Below are positions 1 through 11,359 of a DNA stretch of 64,000 bases, piece by piece (the first letter of the stretch is position 1; each line of letters begins with the position of its first letter). A program made the position numbers and the translations under genes. The stretch lies in NCBI GenBank assembly GCA_002633005.1, contig NMRA01000101.1, positions 821,151-885,150 of the forward strand, written 5' to 3'. The stretch comes from Phoronis australis (Eukaryota > Animalia > Phoronida). The notes under the pieces were generated by a model. It did not search any database, was not told the DNA's origin, and saw only the letters and a program-made list of their open reading frames with translations.

Positions 1-14
1 TTTTTTTCTTACAG

Positions 15-1922
15 ATAAACTTGAGGAAATGGAAGCACGGTTGCAAGTAAGTTCTCATTTTTTCGTGTGAAAAAGTGTTTTCAGTTGTATCACACGAGCA
101 AACATGATATACACTTGACCATCAAGGTATTTAAATTCCTCATTGCTTCGTATATTAGATCATGTTGTGTTTAAACTTATTAATAATTAATTTAAAGAGC
201 TATTGTTTACCTATAGTCATTCATGTCTTGTTATTATTTTCAGAAGGTGGAGTCTCGTGCCAGGTAGGTTTTCAACACACCTTTTCGTATGCAACGTCCT
301 AGAACAGTTTTGTCTAACCACGTTCGTGTCACAAGTTGTCATAAACAAATCCTTTTTTTTCCCTGGGTTTAAATATCTGTTTCTCGAAAACCGATTCGAA
401 AACTAACGAATCCCGAAATTGCATCAGGCCGAAACGTCTGAAATGTCGGTGTGTCCGTAACAACTTCGTTACTCACTAGAATTAAAGGTGATTTTTCGAG
501 CAACTCTCATATACATACAAAGGACATGCACCCGTGCGTGCTTCTAAAAACACTCCTGTGAAGTCAGAATACCCAAAATGCTATGGTCACTAACAGAACT
601 TATGTTCAGACCGACATTCATTTGAAATATAGGCATTTCAGGCTTTTGAAATAATAATTGGGATAAGTATTGCTTCTACGAACTGGTTTTTCGTAAGTTT
701 GTTATAACTCTGAAGAAAATTTCGGACTAAACAACTTGAACCGTTATTGTCAACTAATGTATTTCTGTGATGTTGATCACACGTGTGATATTACAAATAT
801 CAACAATATTTTAGGAGTTGGATTCACTTCTAAGTAGTCATGCCTTTTCTTTTAGGAACATCGAACATTATGACTGGAAAGCCTTAAACCTCAACACTGA
901 TCAAGGACAAATCAAGGTTAACGTTTTATTTTTTCCTCGTGGTGAATTGCAAAATTTTCTATTGAAGCTAATGTTTCAGTCACATCATGATCTACTATTT
1001 TTTCTATAAAATTATAAAATGGCACTTGCAGGAGGTGAAATTTTTCAAGAAGAGGATCAACTCCACCTTGAAAGTAACGTGGAACGGAAACTTGAGACAG
1101 CTTACGTCTGCCGGTCGAGGTTGCTGCCGGTGGTTTTTCAAAATCAACAACGAAGAATGTAAAAACCCAACAACAATTGATGCAGTGATTTACAAAGACA
1201 AACCATTGAATTTGCATGAACACGTTGCCAGTAAGTACCGTGAATTCTCATTTCTCGAATTCTCTTATCCTCTTGAAATGGCTTGAAAACGTTTTGCATA
1301 TTTAATTTATATTTGAAATGAGAGAAAACTTACACACAAACCAATTTTCATGTAAAACACTTACTGATAAACACGACAACGGTGGGACGAGTGCTTTCCT
1401 GAGTGGCGGTAGAAACCGATATGGAATTATAGTATCTCGTGAGGTGAATATATGTATTGGCCCACAGAACATTCTTGTTGAATTTCTCATTATGTCATGT
1501 TTTTGTGATTCTATCTTATTAATATCGACATAAGTAGTTGTAGTAATTGTTTCATGTGTTTATTACTTATTTTTGTCTCTACTGTCGCAAACCAGGGGCG
1601 AACTGACCATAGAGGCTGAGTATCCTTCAATTGAAATATGTGCTCCTATAGCAAAAAAAGTAATTCTGATTTTAGGATAAAATAAATTTAAGTCAAGTAT
1701 GCAGTCAAAATCTATATCAAAGTATTTGATTTGTGGTTGAACTAGACCAAGTAGTATAAAAAGACCATTCTTTCTTTTGCAGTCGACGGAATGTGTAAAG
1801 TGGCACTGGCTGGTACCATACCCGTGAGTTTCAATGTTGGCAAGTGTCCTGGGAACTTCGGCATTTCAAACTGCTACACGTGCTGGAATAGCGCCTGTCA
1901 CGTCATCATTGAAGAAATATGA
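15..1922 (+). CDS. CTHRC1: CTHRC1-like secreted protein without collagen repeat, copy 1 (5'-partial; exon 1 upstream of window)
   Basis: Exons 15-46, 244-263, 856-916, 1032-1230, 1783-1922 (TGA); all AG/GT bounded and phase-compatible. Translation DKLEEMEARLQKVESRARNIEHYDWKALNLNTDQGQIKEVKFFKKRINSTLKVTWNGNLR...GCCRWFFKINNEECKNPTTIDAVIY...IDGMCK...VGKCPGNFGISNCYTCWNSACHVIIEEI aligns by eye to the CTHRC1 C-terminal domain ([37 protein letters not shown]...VEGLC...VGTC...GWNSVSRIIIEEL). Confidence 0.85.
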
Positions 1923-1949
1923 ATCAATGAACACTTCTATTAACACCTA

Positions 1950-4260
1950 AAGTAGTTTAGCTTGATACATGTTCTTCTCAAATTCATCTGGAGATTAGTT
2001 AGTATCAAAACCACAAACTACGATTAAAGGACTCTGTGCATATTGTTCACAAATATAGAAGACACACTGATGTCACACTTTTTTGCTTGTGTGACTCTTT
2101 CATAGTTGATGGATAATAGCCTATTAGGTTTAATTAGGATTTGAGGTTTTTGGAGGTCTGGCACGTGCTGATAAGTTTTCAGTTACACAAAGATTATTAG
2201 GGGTTCGCCTTCTAGGGTGCAAGGATTTGTGTTATCCTGACTTCAAATCGGTCACTGCTCCCCTGCTAAGGAGAGTTCATCTCTCCTTATTTCTTTAAAA
2301 TTTGTTCTGAGATGTTTCGCCAAAATAAAAATTAACGTGCAAAGGGTATAAATACAGGCTAATTGCATTAATCTAAAATTTTGTAGTATGCTGATGCCAC
2401 AGTCATCTGTCTGGATGGTTCCAACGAATCACAAAAGAGTTTATGAGTTCACTGGACCTGTTTCACAAGCTCTGGGGTTTAAAATCCTACTTGGGTATTG
2501 TATATGGATTGGTTCCGTGAAATTCTGCAAATTACGCCTGTGTCCAGGATTCAATCTCTCATGGCGTAGAGATTCATTTATAGCGTTGGTATCAGCTATC
2601 TTATTAACCTAAAAGACACGTTAGCTAATAATTATGATGATAAAATTCAAGAGATCAGGTCGACTTGAACTAATTTGTCCAAAAGGTCTCTAACGCCTTT
2701 TGGCAAATAAACAGTTATTCATGTATTTGATCTGCCATCTTCTGACAACATTGACTTTACCGCAAGACGACACAATTGAATCGTTAGACAAATTGTTTTG
2801 TAGTTTCATCTGGCAAAACAAACCTGACAAAATTAAGATAACCATCATAGCTCACCACTTTTCGTTGGGAGGGTACTAAATGATACATTTGAAGTCATTC
2901 ATCAAATCCCTTGCTTGATAAGATTAATAGTAAGAGGTGATGGAGCCTGGAATGAATTGTTAATTTCAACAAATCGGTTACTTTCTCGTACCTGGTATCA
3001 TTTTAATAAGGCGTTCTCTAGTTTTTTCGAGATGTTGAAAAACTGATCGCCAGTTTTACTCTTGACGAGGCATTGAGACTCTATGACCCAATTTGCTTTA
3101 ATCGCAAAATTCTCAGTTTCAGGAAGTACTATTTTGTGAGAGTTGGTATGGTAATGTTGATGTATACAGTTATGATCTGAATAGCAATTTGATGTCTCAC
3201 GAGTACTTTTGTAATAATTATGGATTTCTCCACCATTCACAGGTTAATTGTTCCTAAGTTTCTTAAAAATGTGGATTCGTCCAAAATTATTCTTCCTCTC
3301 CTCCCAAAGTTTATTGCCACTTCACTTTATATAGTCAAAAGTGAGACTCATAACAGGTTTGTTATTTGTTGTTGTATTCAGTTATGATTTGAATAGCAAT
3401 TTCATGTCTCACGAGTACTTTTGTAATCATTATTGGTTTCTCCCTCCACCATTCACAGCATTCATGGGCGTGAGGTTTATTGTTGGTAATTTTCTTAAAA
3501 ATGTGGATTCGTCCAAAATTATTCGTCCTGTCTTCCCAAAGTTTATTGTCACTTCACGTTTTATACCGAAAAGTGAGATTTATAACTAGTTTGTTATTTG
3601 TTTGTACATCAAACCATAGAATATAGACAACTATAGTCTATGATCGAGGTAAATGAGCTAGAGAATTATCTGAATGAGGTTCTTTCATGTGGATTATGGG
3701 GAAATGCCCAAGCTTTAAATTATTCGTACTAGTGACACCAATCTTAAGTGGCTTCAGACTTACTCACAGAACCTTCAATACAAACTGTTTCCAGTGTAAA
3801 TAGCCATAGTAAATTCACTGACATTTTGGAAAAGAATCTGATAAGCTTTGTCATGTTTTGGGACTGTGTGATTGTACAGAATTGAATTTTTGAAGGCCAG
3901 TGGACAATTGGGTAATAGCAAAACAAAGTCTGATCGCTCTTATTTTAAGCTTGGTTGATGTTATCTTCGGGAAATTGGGTCGAGCCAGACCATGTCACTA
4001 ATCTTATTATTTGCTTAGGAAAACGTCATATATACAGAGCTAGATTAAATTCCAGACACCCTTGTTTTGCAATGGTTGTAAATGAATTTCATATGTGTTA
4101 TAACATAGAAAAGGTAATTTACCACAGGGGATTGAATTTTGAGATAGTTAGAAAAGGGTTGATCCCCAGTAGAAGGACTTCTTGGCATTCATTTGGTTAT
4201 ATTTGATTCCAGTGTGAAATGAATGTGGATGTTTTAATATAAAAAACGCTTGCGTGTCTG
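1950..4260 (+). mobile_element. Decayed L1/Tx1-type non-LTR retrotransposon ORF2 (RT and C-terminal zinc-knuckle region), copy 1
   Basis: Frameshifted remnants of RT motifs: YADAT for YADD at ~2386, PDKIKITIIAHHFSLGG at ~2823, and a C-terminal KWLQ...HVFWDC region. Internal ~215-bp tandem duplication at ~3165-3600. Boundaries approximate. Confidence 0.75.
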
Positions 4261-4279
4261 CTTAATGTAAAAGTTAAAT

Positions 4280-4443
4280 ATAGATTAGTACATGGCGAAG
4301 TCGTTATCCCCCGTTATCTAGAGCCCGAGTGGATTTTGGAGAATTATTGACCGACGGGCGTTAGCCCCGAGGGTGATAATTCTCCAAAATCCACGAGGGC
4401 TCTAGATAAGGGGGATAACGACTGAGAACATGCAGTAATCTAT
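4280..4443. repeat. Long imperfect palindrome (foldback/MITE-like)
   Basis: Arms agtcgttatccccc/gggggataacgact, ttatctagagccc/gggctctagataa and gtggattttggagaattat/ataattctccaaaatccac around a gggcgttagccc centre. Confidence 0.8.
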
Positions 4444-6496
4444 TTATACCACATACTAAACGAGAAACATTGCAATGAATCGATCTACCTTTCTCGACTC
4501 GTCTCGAGCTTTGTAACTACTTTCTATATAAGAGGCCCGGGGTAGGAGGTCGTGACCTTTTAAGAAAAGCCGAGATGTTTTTGTCAAATAATGCTTATAC
4601 TCAAAACCAATTGGAAATTTAAACGAAATAACAATGAAGTAAATCTATGAATTAAAGTTTAGCAATTATTATAGCTTATTACACATTTTATCACGCCAAG
4701 CTTCGACCGGGAAAATATCGTCTGCTAAAGTAAGTTACCATTAGTAACTGACTATAATGCTCAAGTCAAAGGATCCCGAGTTTTGTGTTTGCTATGGATG
4801 GCTGAAGTGAAGCATCCGTGGAATTTCTAGTAACGAGTGTCATACCTTGTAGACGTAGTATTATATAGGCCTATAGTGTATTGGGGACGATCAGAAGCTG
4901 AGGACCCCTGTGACATGTTTATGGGCCATGGTGTTTACTTATCCATATTTCAGTTACGATTGCGCCAGTGGTCTGAATCGGACACTTGAAGTCGGGTCTG
5001 AGCCCCCCCCCCCCGACACACGAACTAAAACTGCACACATTAATAAATCTTGTTTCAGCTGTATAATGTTAATCACCAGGGTTTTCTCACGCTGTTGGTG
5101 TTTTATTTTTTGCCACTGCAGCCAAGGCAGGGGGGCCTGGTCCCCCCTAAATCCGCCTATGATGTTTAGCGTTTCAAAGTGTTGGAGGAAAATGACGTTT
5201 TTGCATACTGAAAACAGCAATTTTTCAATATAAAAACAGGTAAATTGCGTGCAATGAGTGAAAACACATAATAGAATTAGGAAGTGTGACATGAGGAGTA
5301 CTAAGTAAAAGTGATGCCAATAATTTTGCTGTATTCATCACTTCTTGACAGGCAAGGTAAAACTGGAAGCACTTTCTGTAGTGTTGAAAGTGGGTGTCCA
5401 TCAAGTGCTTCTACAAGCCAGTTTTCGGGGCTGTGGACATTGAAATATATATTTGTAGATAGATCTTGAATGTGTGAACACTCTCTCGACTGGGCTGTTT
5501 TCAGTTTTATTCTACAAAATGTCTCAATGTTGCGTATTCTGCACTTTATAATCGAATTAGTTTGAAAATGGTTTCAAAGGAAGTAATTAATGAGAATCAG
5601 CAGTTTAGGGATCATAATGCTGTCTGACCTATCCATATCACCATTTTACCTGTGAGTCAAAAGTTGCGTAGGCACAAGTGAAGGCATAATTATTTGGCCT
5701 GGTGCCAATACCCAAAACGGTTAATGCCCGTAGAGACAAGTTTTAGGTTGACATGAATAGTTCGGCTTGTGCACTATTTCAAGACAATTTAGGTTTTATT
5801 CATGAACAATTGTTTGGAATTCAGGGTTTGAGACTGTATGGAATGGTCGATATGTAGGCAAAAGCCTACATCACAAGAAAGACATCGATGAATGAAAAAC
5901 AAAAATGAAAAATTATCAAAATTCCATGGTGCATTCAAAGGTTATCGCTATTCATGTGTAAAATTTTGTCTCACTGTTTTGATCGGGTCGGCCATCTTGC
6001 GATATATGCGGTAAAGGTTACGAGTTTACAATTGATTTAAGTTTAAAAAAATTATTTTCACAAATATTCTAGCAGTAAAATTTACTGACACATAACCTTA
6101 CATACCATTCCGTACAACACAATGGTTACAGGATGGTGTAACTTATTGCTCACAATTCACGTTGGACAACATGGCGACTTTATTGAACTGAAAGGCATGT
6201 TCAACCGGTTAATTTATAATCGGTGAAGATTAAACTATGGACTTGTAGACACAATGGTACAAAAAAGCAGTTTCGTAAAATTTTCCCGGTTGCATATTAA
6301 CCAATATGAATCTTCTATGTATTTCAATCTGAAGTGCCTATTCAGTTGACCTTGCACTCTGCTAAAATACTGTTGAAGTTGTTTTGAAATCGTTTTTGGT
6401 TTGAAAGTCGTTTTTTTTCAATGTATGATTATGTGTCACAACGGGACAAAAAGTCATATACTTATACATTTTTCTAAATTTGATGCATATAAATTG

Positions 6497-7163
6497 GGAT
6501 TGTTCTAAAACCCCCTCGACCCCCACACGTACCCACGATCCCCTCGACCAACGACCCCCTCGACCCACGATCCCCTCGACCCACGATCCCCTCGACCCAC
6601 GAACCACGACCCTCTAGACCCACGCCCACAACCCCCTAGACCCAGTCTACACATCTATTTTTAGTGATATCGAAACGTCGTGGCGGTCATCTTGGAAGTG
6701 ATCCAGTTTCCGGTAGTCAGATTTTGGTTTTTTCCTGTTCATAAGTTCACCCAGTAGAGCATAAAACCACTCTAAAATCTTTTGATGCAATTTGTTGTGA
6801 GTCAAAATTTGGCCCGTTCAGTAAACGAGTATACAACGGAAAACAATAATAAAAATGTGAAATTATGTCCATTCACGTTAACGTACTTTCTCCCTTAGTT
6901 TAGAACAGGGTCATTGGTATCCGCTCGAGGGACTAATTAGCATCACACTTCGCTATTTAGGATCATGTTCTTACGCCACTTTCTGTTTTAACCACCAGAC
7001 TTGAGCCACAGTAGATTCGCTTCTAGGCAAGTCTTATGGGAAAATCATTCAGCGACTTAATGTATGAAATGTATAAAAAGCGCAAAGATACATTGATTAC
7101 CACAGGTCGTGAGTCGAGGGGTTGTGGGTCGTGGAGGTTGTGGATCAAGGAGGTCACCAGGGG
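6497..7163. mobile_element. Non-autonomous Mutator-like element (right end eroded)
   Basis: Left TIR ggattgttctaaaacccc plus cccctcgacccacga subterminal repeats, as in the elements at 9028 and 16029; complementary gggtcgtg repeats at 7104-7160. Confidence 0.55.
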
Positions 7164-7878
7164 CCATCAGTAGTCCAAGTATCTAAAAATTGACATCGAC
7201 TGATTTGATCACCATAGAAACATGTTTGCAAAAATTAATGAAGCCCTTTTATGAGATTTATGAGATAGAGTTGCATACTGCGGGTAGTCAGGTATTTTAA
7301 ATGCGCGATGGCATGCCTTTTCTATCGGCTGTCATTTGCTTTAAAAATACAAAAACCCATTTTTAAGTTTTATTTTTTTAATCAAACCGCAAAGTGATGA
7401 AAAATCATCGGAAATCACCAACACCTCACACATCGGTCCCCAGAGCACCTCAGAAAAGGCGAAAAATCAAATACACAAAATTAGGCAAAATTTACCGAAC
7501 TTGTGAACTCCAGTGGAAGTTAACGCAAAACCCTTCTCTTCTGATAGAGGGGTTCATTGTCTACCCAAATAATATAAAGATTTATTCTTTCCCGTTCTTT
7601 TAAGTCGACTTAAAACAAAATATCTAAGTGAACCTTTTTGAACTAAAAATGGGGCTATTTTGAGCCAAAATATTAATGATGCTGTAGATTAAAAAATAAT
7701 GTCCCAAAAGTTTTCAAATAAACATTTTGAACATATACTATCACGATGTATGTACACACAATTTTTGTCAAGATCAGAGTCGGTGACCTTGAGTCGTCCT
7801 TTTGATGCCCTCGTGGAAAGACAGTTGCCCTGTGTCAGAAGGGAATATTTGGAAAACAAATTGTTAACAGATACTAAG

Positions 7879-7950
7879 TTCCTAGAAAAGAAAGGGTCCC
7901 GGATGGTATAAAAACCGTAGTAATAACATACACTGCGTCTAGTATAAATA
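7879..7950 (+). promoter_or_regulatory. Core promoter of copy 2: TATA box and STAT/GAS-type site
   Basis: TATAAATA at 7943-7950, ~40 nt before the ATG; TTCCTAGAA at 7879-7887. Confidence 0.5.
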
Positions 7951-7988
7951 GCGAGTTTTCTTAACAACAGGTTAGATTTTGCTCCAAG

Positions 7989-10900
7989 ATGAGGTGTCCA
8001 GTTCTCACAACGTGGTTCTTGACGTCTTTTATTGCCGTATATGCAGAAAAGGGTGACACGTGTTTCTACGGTAAGCTATGATTGATAAAGTGCATTAAGA
8101 GAATCGTTTTCGCCATGAATGCGTACACGTTGTGAATTTTCTCAGTTGCTCTAAAATGTCAACCCGTAGATCGGCTTTACAAAATTCGCTGCTAGTGGCA
8201 CAAGGAAAGTTTGTGAAACTTTTCGCCACCTACAGCCTGTGTCAGTTGCAAGGCAAACAAATCCTCATATTTACTTGCGTTTTGAATTTCTTATCGGCGC
8301 TGCATGCGGTCTTAGTAATTGATGATTTAATCAGACAGGGGTGTCGTCTGTCTTGCATTTTGCCTGCACCAATTTCCTGTATTTACGACTCATTTGAGAG
8401 TCGTTTTAAAGCAATTGATTGTGCAGAGGCGGATCAAGGAATACTTAATAGGGAGTGGGGTCGGATCAAGGATTTTTTAAGTCAACAATTTGAAAATTCT
8501 AGTTTTGATATCATTAAAGTCAAGGGAAAAAGGTGTCCAGACCTGGATGTGCCTATGTTGTGTTGTAATTCAACAATAAAAAATAAATGTTACCGATAGT
8601 AATTGTTTCGTAAGAATATATATATGTGAACGTTCAAGCTTGCAAAGTTTCAAAAACTTGTATTAAATTACGAGGATTGTTTCTTACAGATAAACTTGAG
8701 GAAATTGAAGCGCGCTTACAAGTAAGTTCTCATTTTTTCGTGTGCAAAAGAAGTTTTTAGTTGTATTACACAAGCAATCATGATATCTACTTGACCATGA
8801 GGATATTTAAATTGCTCCATGCTTCCTAGAGTAGATCATGTTGTATGCAAAATTATTAATAATTAATGTAACAATGCCAGGCTATAGTCATTTATGTCGT
8901 TTTATTATTTCCAGAAGGTGGAGTCTCACGCCAGGTAGGTTTTCAACACACCTTTTGGTATTGCGTACGCAATTTGTGCAACGTCCTAGACAAGTTGTCA
9001 TATACAAATTCTTCTGGCCCCTGGGTTGGATTGTTTTAAACCCCCTCGACCCAGCACCCCACGACCCCCTAAACTAACGACACCCTCGTCCCACGACCCC
9101 CACAACCCACGACCCACAACCTGCAGCAATAGAGGTATCTTGGTGCTTTTTACAAATTACATACTCTTATTACGTTGCTGAGTGACTTTCCCGTCAGACC
9201 CAACTACACATTATCTACTCTGTGAGGGTAAAATGACGATCGAAGCTAATGATGTATTATTGTAAGTTTGTAGATTTGTATTTTATATTTCGCGCATAAT
9301 AAACCCAGTATATTTATCTACTTCTCTCTGGTTTCTCTCTCTATAAGTTGTCACCATGGTTCTCTCGTATGCGATTCGAACGAGTGAAAAAGTACACAAC
9401 GCTGCAAATATTTTTATCGGCTACGAACAGTCGACATTTTTGGCTTTCAAACTTGTCGAATCGACCCTTTTAAGTGCAAAAAATACGCACAGTGTTCTTT
9501 TAAGAACACTGTGCGTATTTTTAAAATACCAGTCAGACCCAGCGATGCCGAAGGTGATTCGATAACCTGACCAAGACGAACTAGGCTTTATGTATGTCGT
9601 GGGTCGAAGGGGTCATGTGTCGTGTATGGTTGGTAGAGGGGGTCGTTGGTAGAGGGGGTCGTTGGTAGAGGGGGTCGAGGGGATCTTAGAACATTCCCCC
9701 TGGGTTTAAATGTTTGTAACTAGAAAACCGGCTTGAAGACTAACGTTTTGATATCGTTGGTCTGAACCCCGATTGTGTATCCGGCCGAAGCCTCTGAAAT
9801 GTCCGAAATAATCGTCAGTGTGTCCATAAGAACCGCGTTATTCACTAGAATTATAGGTGAATTTTCGAGCAACTTTCAATCTAATATCTTCTCATATAGA
9901 TACAAAGGACAAGCACGGGAAGCGTGCTTTTAAAAACACTCCTATGATAACAGAATACAAATAACCAAAATGCTCACTAACAAAACTTATGTTCAGACTG
10001 ACATTAATTCGAAATATAGGCATTTCAGACTTCTGAAATAATAATTTGGATAAATATCGCTTCTTCGAACAAGTCTTTTGTAAGCCAGTTGTAACTCTAA
10101 AGAAAATTTCGGACTAAATAACTTGAACAGTTATTGTTAACTAGCATATTTTTATGATTTTGATCACGTGCGAGTTATTACATATGTTAACAATATTGTA
10201 GGAGTTGGAATCACTTCCATGTAGTCATGCCTTTTCTTTTAGAAACATCGAACATTATGACTGGAAAGACTTAAACCACGACACTGATCAAGGACAAATC
10301 AAGGTAACGTTTTATTTTTTCCTCGCGATGAATTGCAGTCTTTACTATTGAAGTAATGTTTCAGTCACGTCACTTTGTCTGTAATGAAATCTCTTTGCTG
10401 CTTAGTTAAGCATACAAGAATTCGATATTTTGCAGTTTGATTTACTATTTTATTCTACAAAATGGCACTTACAGGAGGTGAAGTTTTTCAAGAAGAGGAT
10501 CAACTCAACCTTGAAAATAACGTGGAGCGGGAACTTGAGAGAGCATAAGTCTCCCAGCGGTGGGTGCTGCCGGTGGTTTTTCAAAATCAACAACGAAGAA
10601 TGTACAAACCCAACAACAATTGATGCAGTGATTTACAAAGACAAACCAATGAATTTTCATGACCACGTTACCAGTAAGTACCGTGAATTCCCATTTCCCG
10701 GATCCTCTTATCCTCTTGAAAGTGGGTAGAGAACGTTTTCAATATTTGATTTACTTTTGGAATAAGAGGTCCATTAACACACGAACCAATTTTGAAGTAA
10801 AATACTTACTGATAAGCACGACAACGGTGGGACGAGGCCTTACTGACCGGCAGCAATGTGGGTGGAATCAGATAGTCAATTGTAGTATTTCGTGGCGTCA

Positions 10901-11331
10901 TCACATTGTTGTGGAATTTCTCAATATTTCATCATTCTAGAAATGGACGGAAGTAGTTGTTTTATTTGTTACTTATTTTTGTCTCTACTCTGTCGCAAAC
11001 CAGAAGCGGACTGACCAGGCTTTCCGGCAATGCCAAGTGAACTTCTCCCTGAATACCCTTCAATTGGAATATGTGTCCCTAACGTAATGCTAATTTTAAG
11101 ACAAAATAAATTTATGTGAAATACTCTGTATCAAAGCATTTGATTTGCGGATGAATTAGGACAAATAATATCAAAAACTATTTTTCTTTTGCAGTCGACG
11201 GAATGTGTAAGGTGGCACTGGCTGGCATCATACCCGTGAGTTTCAACGTTGGCACGTGTCCTGGACGCGGCATTTCAAACTGCTTCACGTGCTGGAATAG
11301 CGCCTGTCACGTCATCATTGAAGAAATATGA
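7989..11331 (+). CDS. CTHRC1: CTHRC1-like secreted protein without collagen repeat, copy 2 (176 aa)
   Basis: Exons 7989-8070, 8690-8721, 8915-8934, 10243-10303, 10475-10673, 11195-11331 total 531 nt with an open frame. Signal-peptide-like N-terminus MRCPVLTTWFLTSFIAVYA, then EKGDTCFYDKLEEIEARLQKVESHAR, then a CTHRC1_C-like domain ending WNSACHVIIEEI*. Confidence 0.88.
9028..9697. mobile_element. Non-autonomous Mutator-like DNA transposon in intron 3 of copy 2
   Basis: TIRs ggattgttttaaa..ccctcgacc / ggtcgagggg..ttagaacattcc; 9-bp TSD ccctgggtt (9019-9027 and 9698-9706); empty site in copy 1 at 361-369. Confidence 0.8.
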
Positions 11332-11359
11332 AACAATGAAGACTTCTCCTAACAACTAT

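Noticed and set aside
8132-8599. 155-aa ORF (also 14787-15251 and 47514-47972)
   Set aside because: Intronic or exon read-through frames; the 8132 frame is not preserved in the paralogous copy, and none shows homology beyond the real exons.
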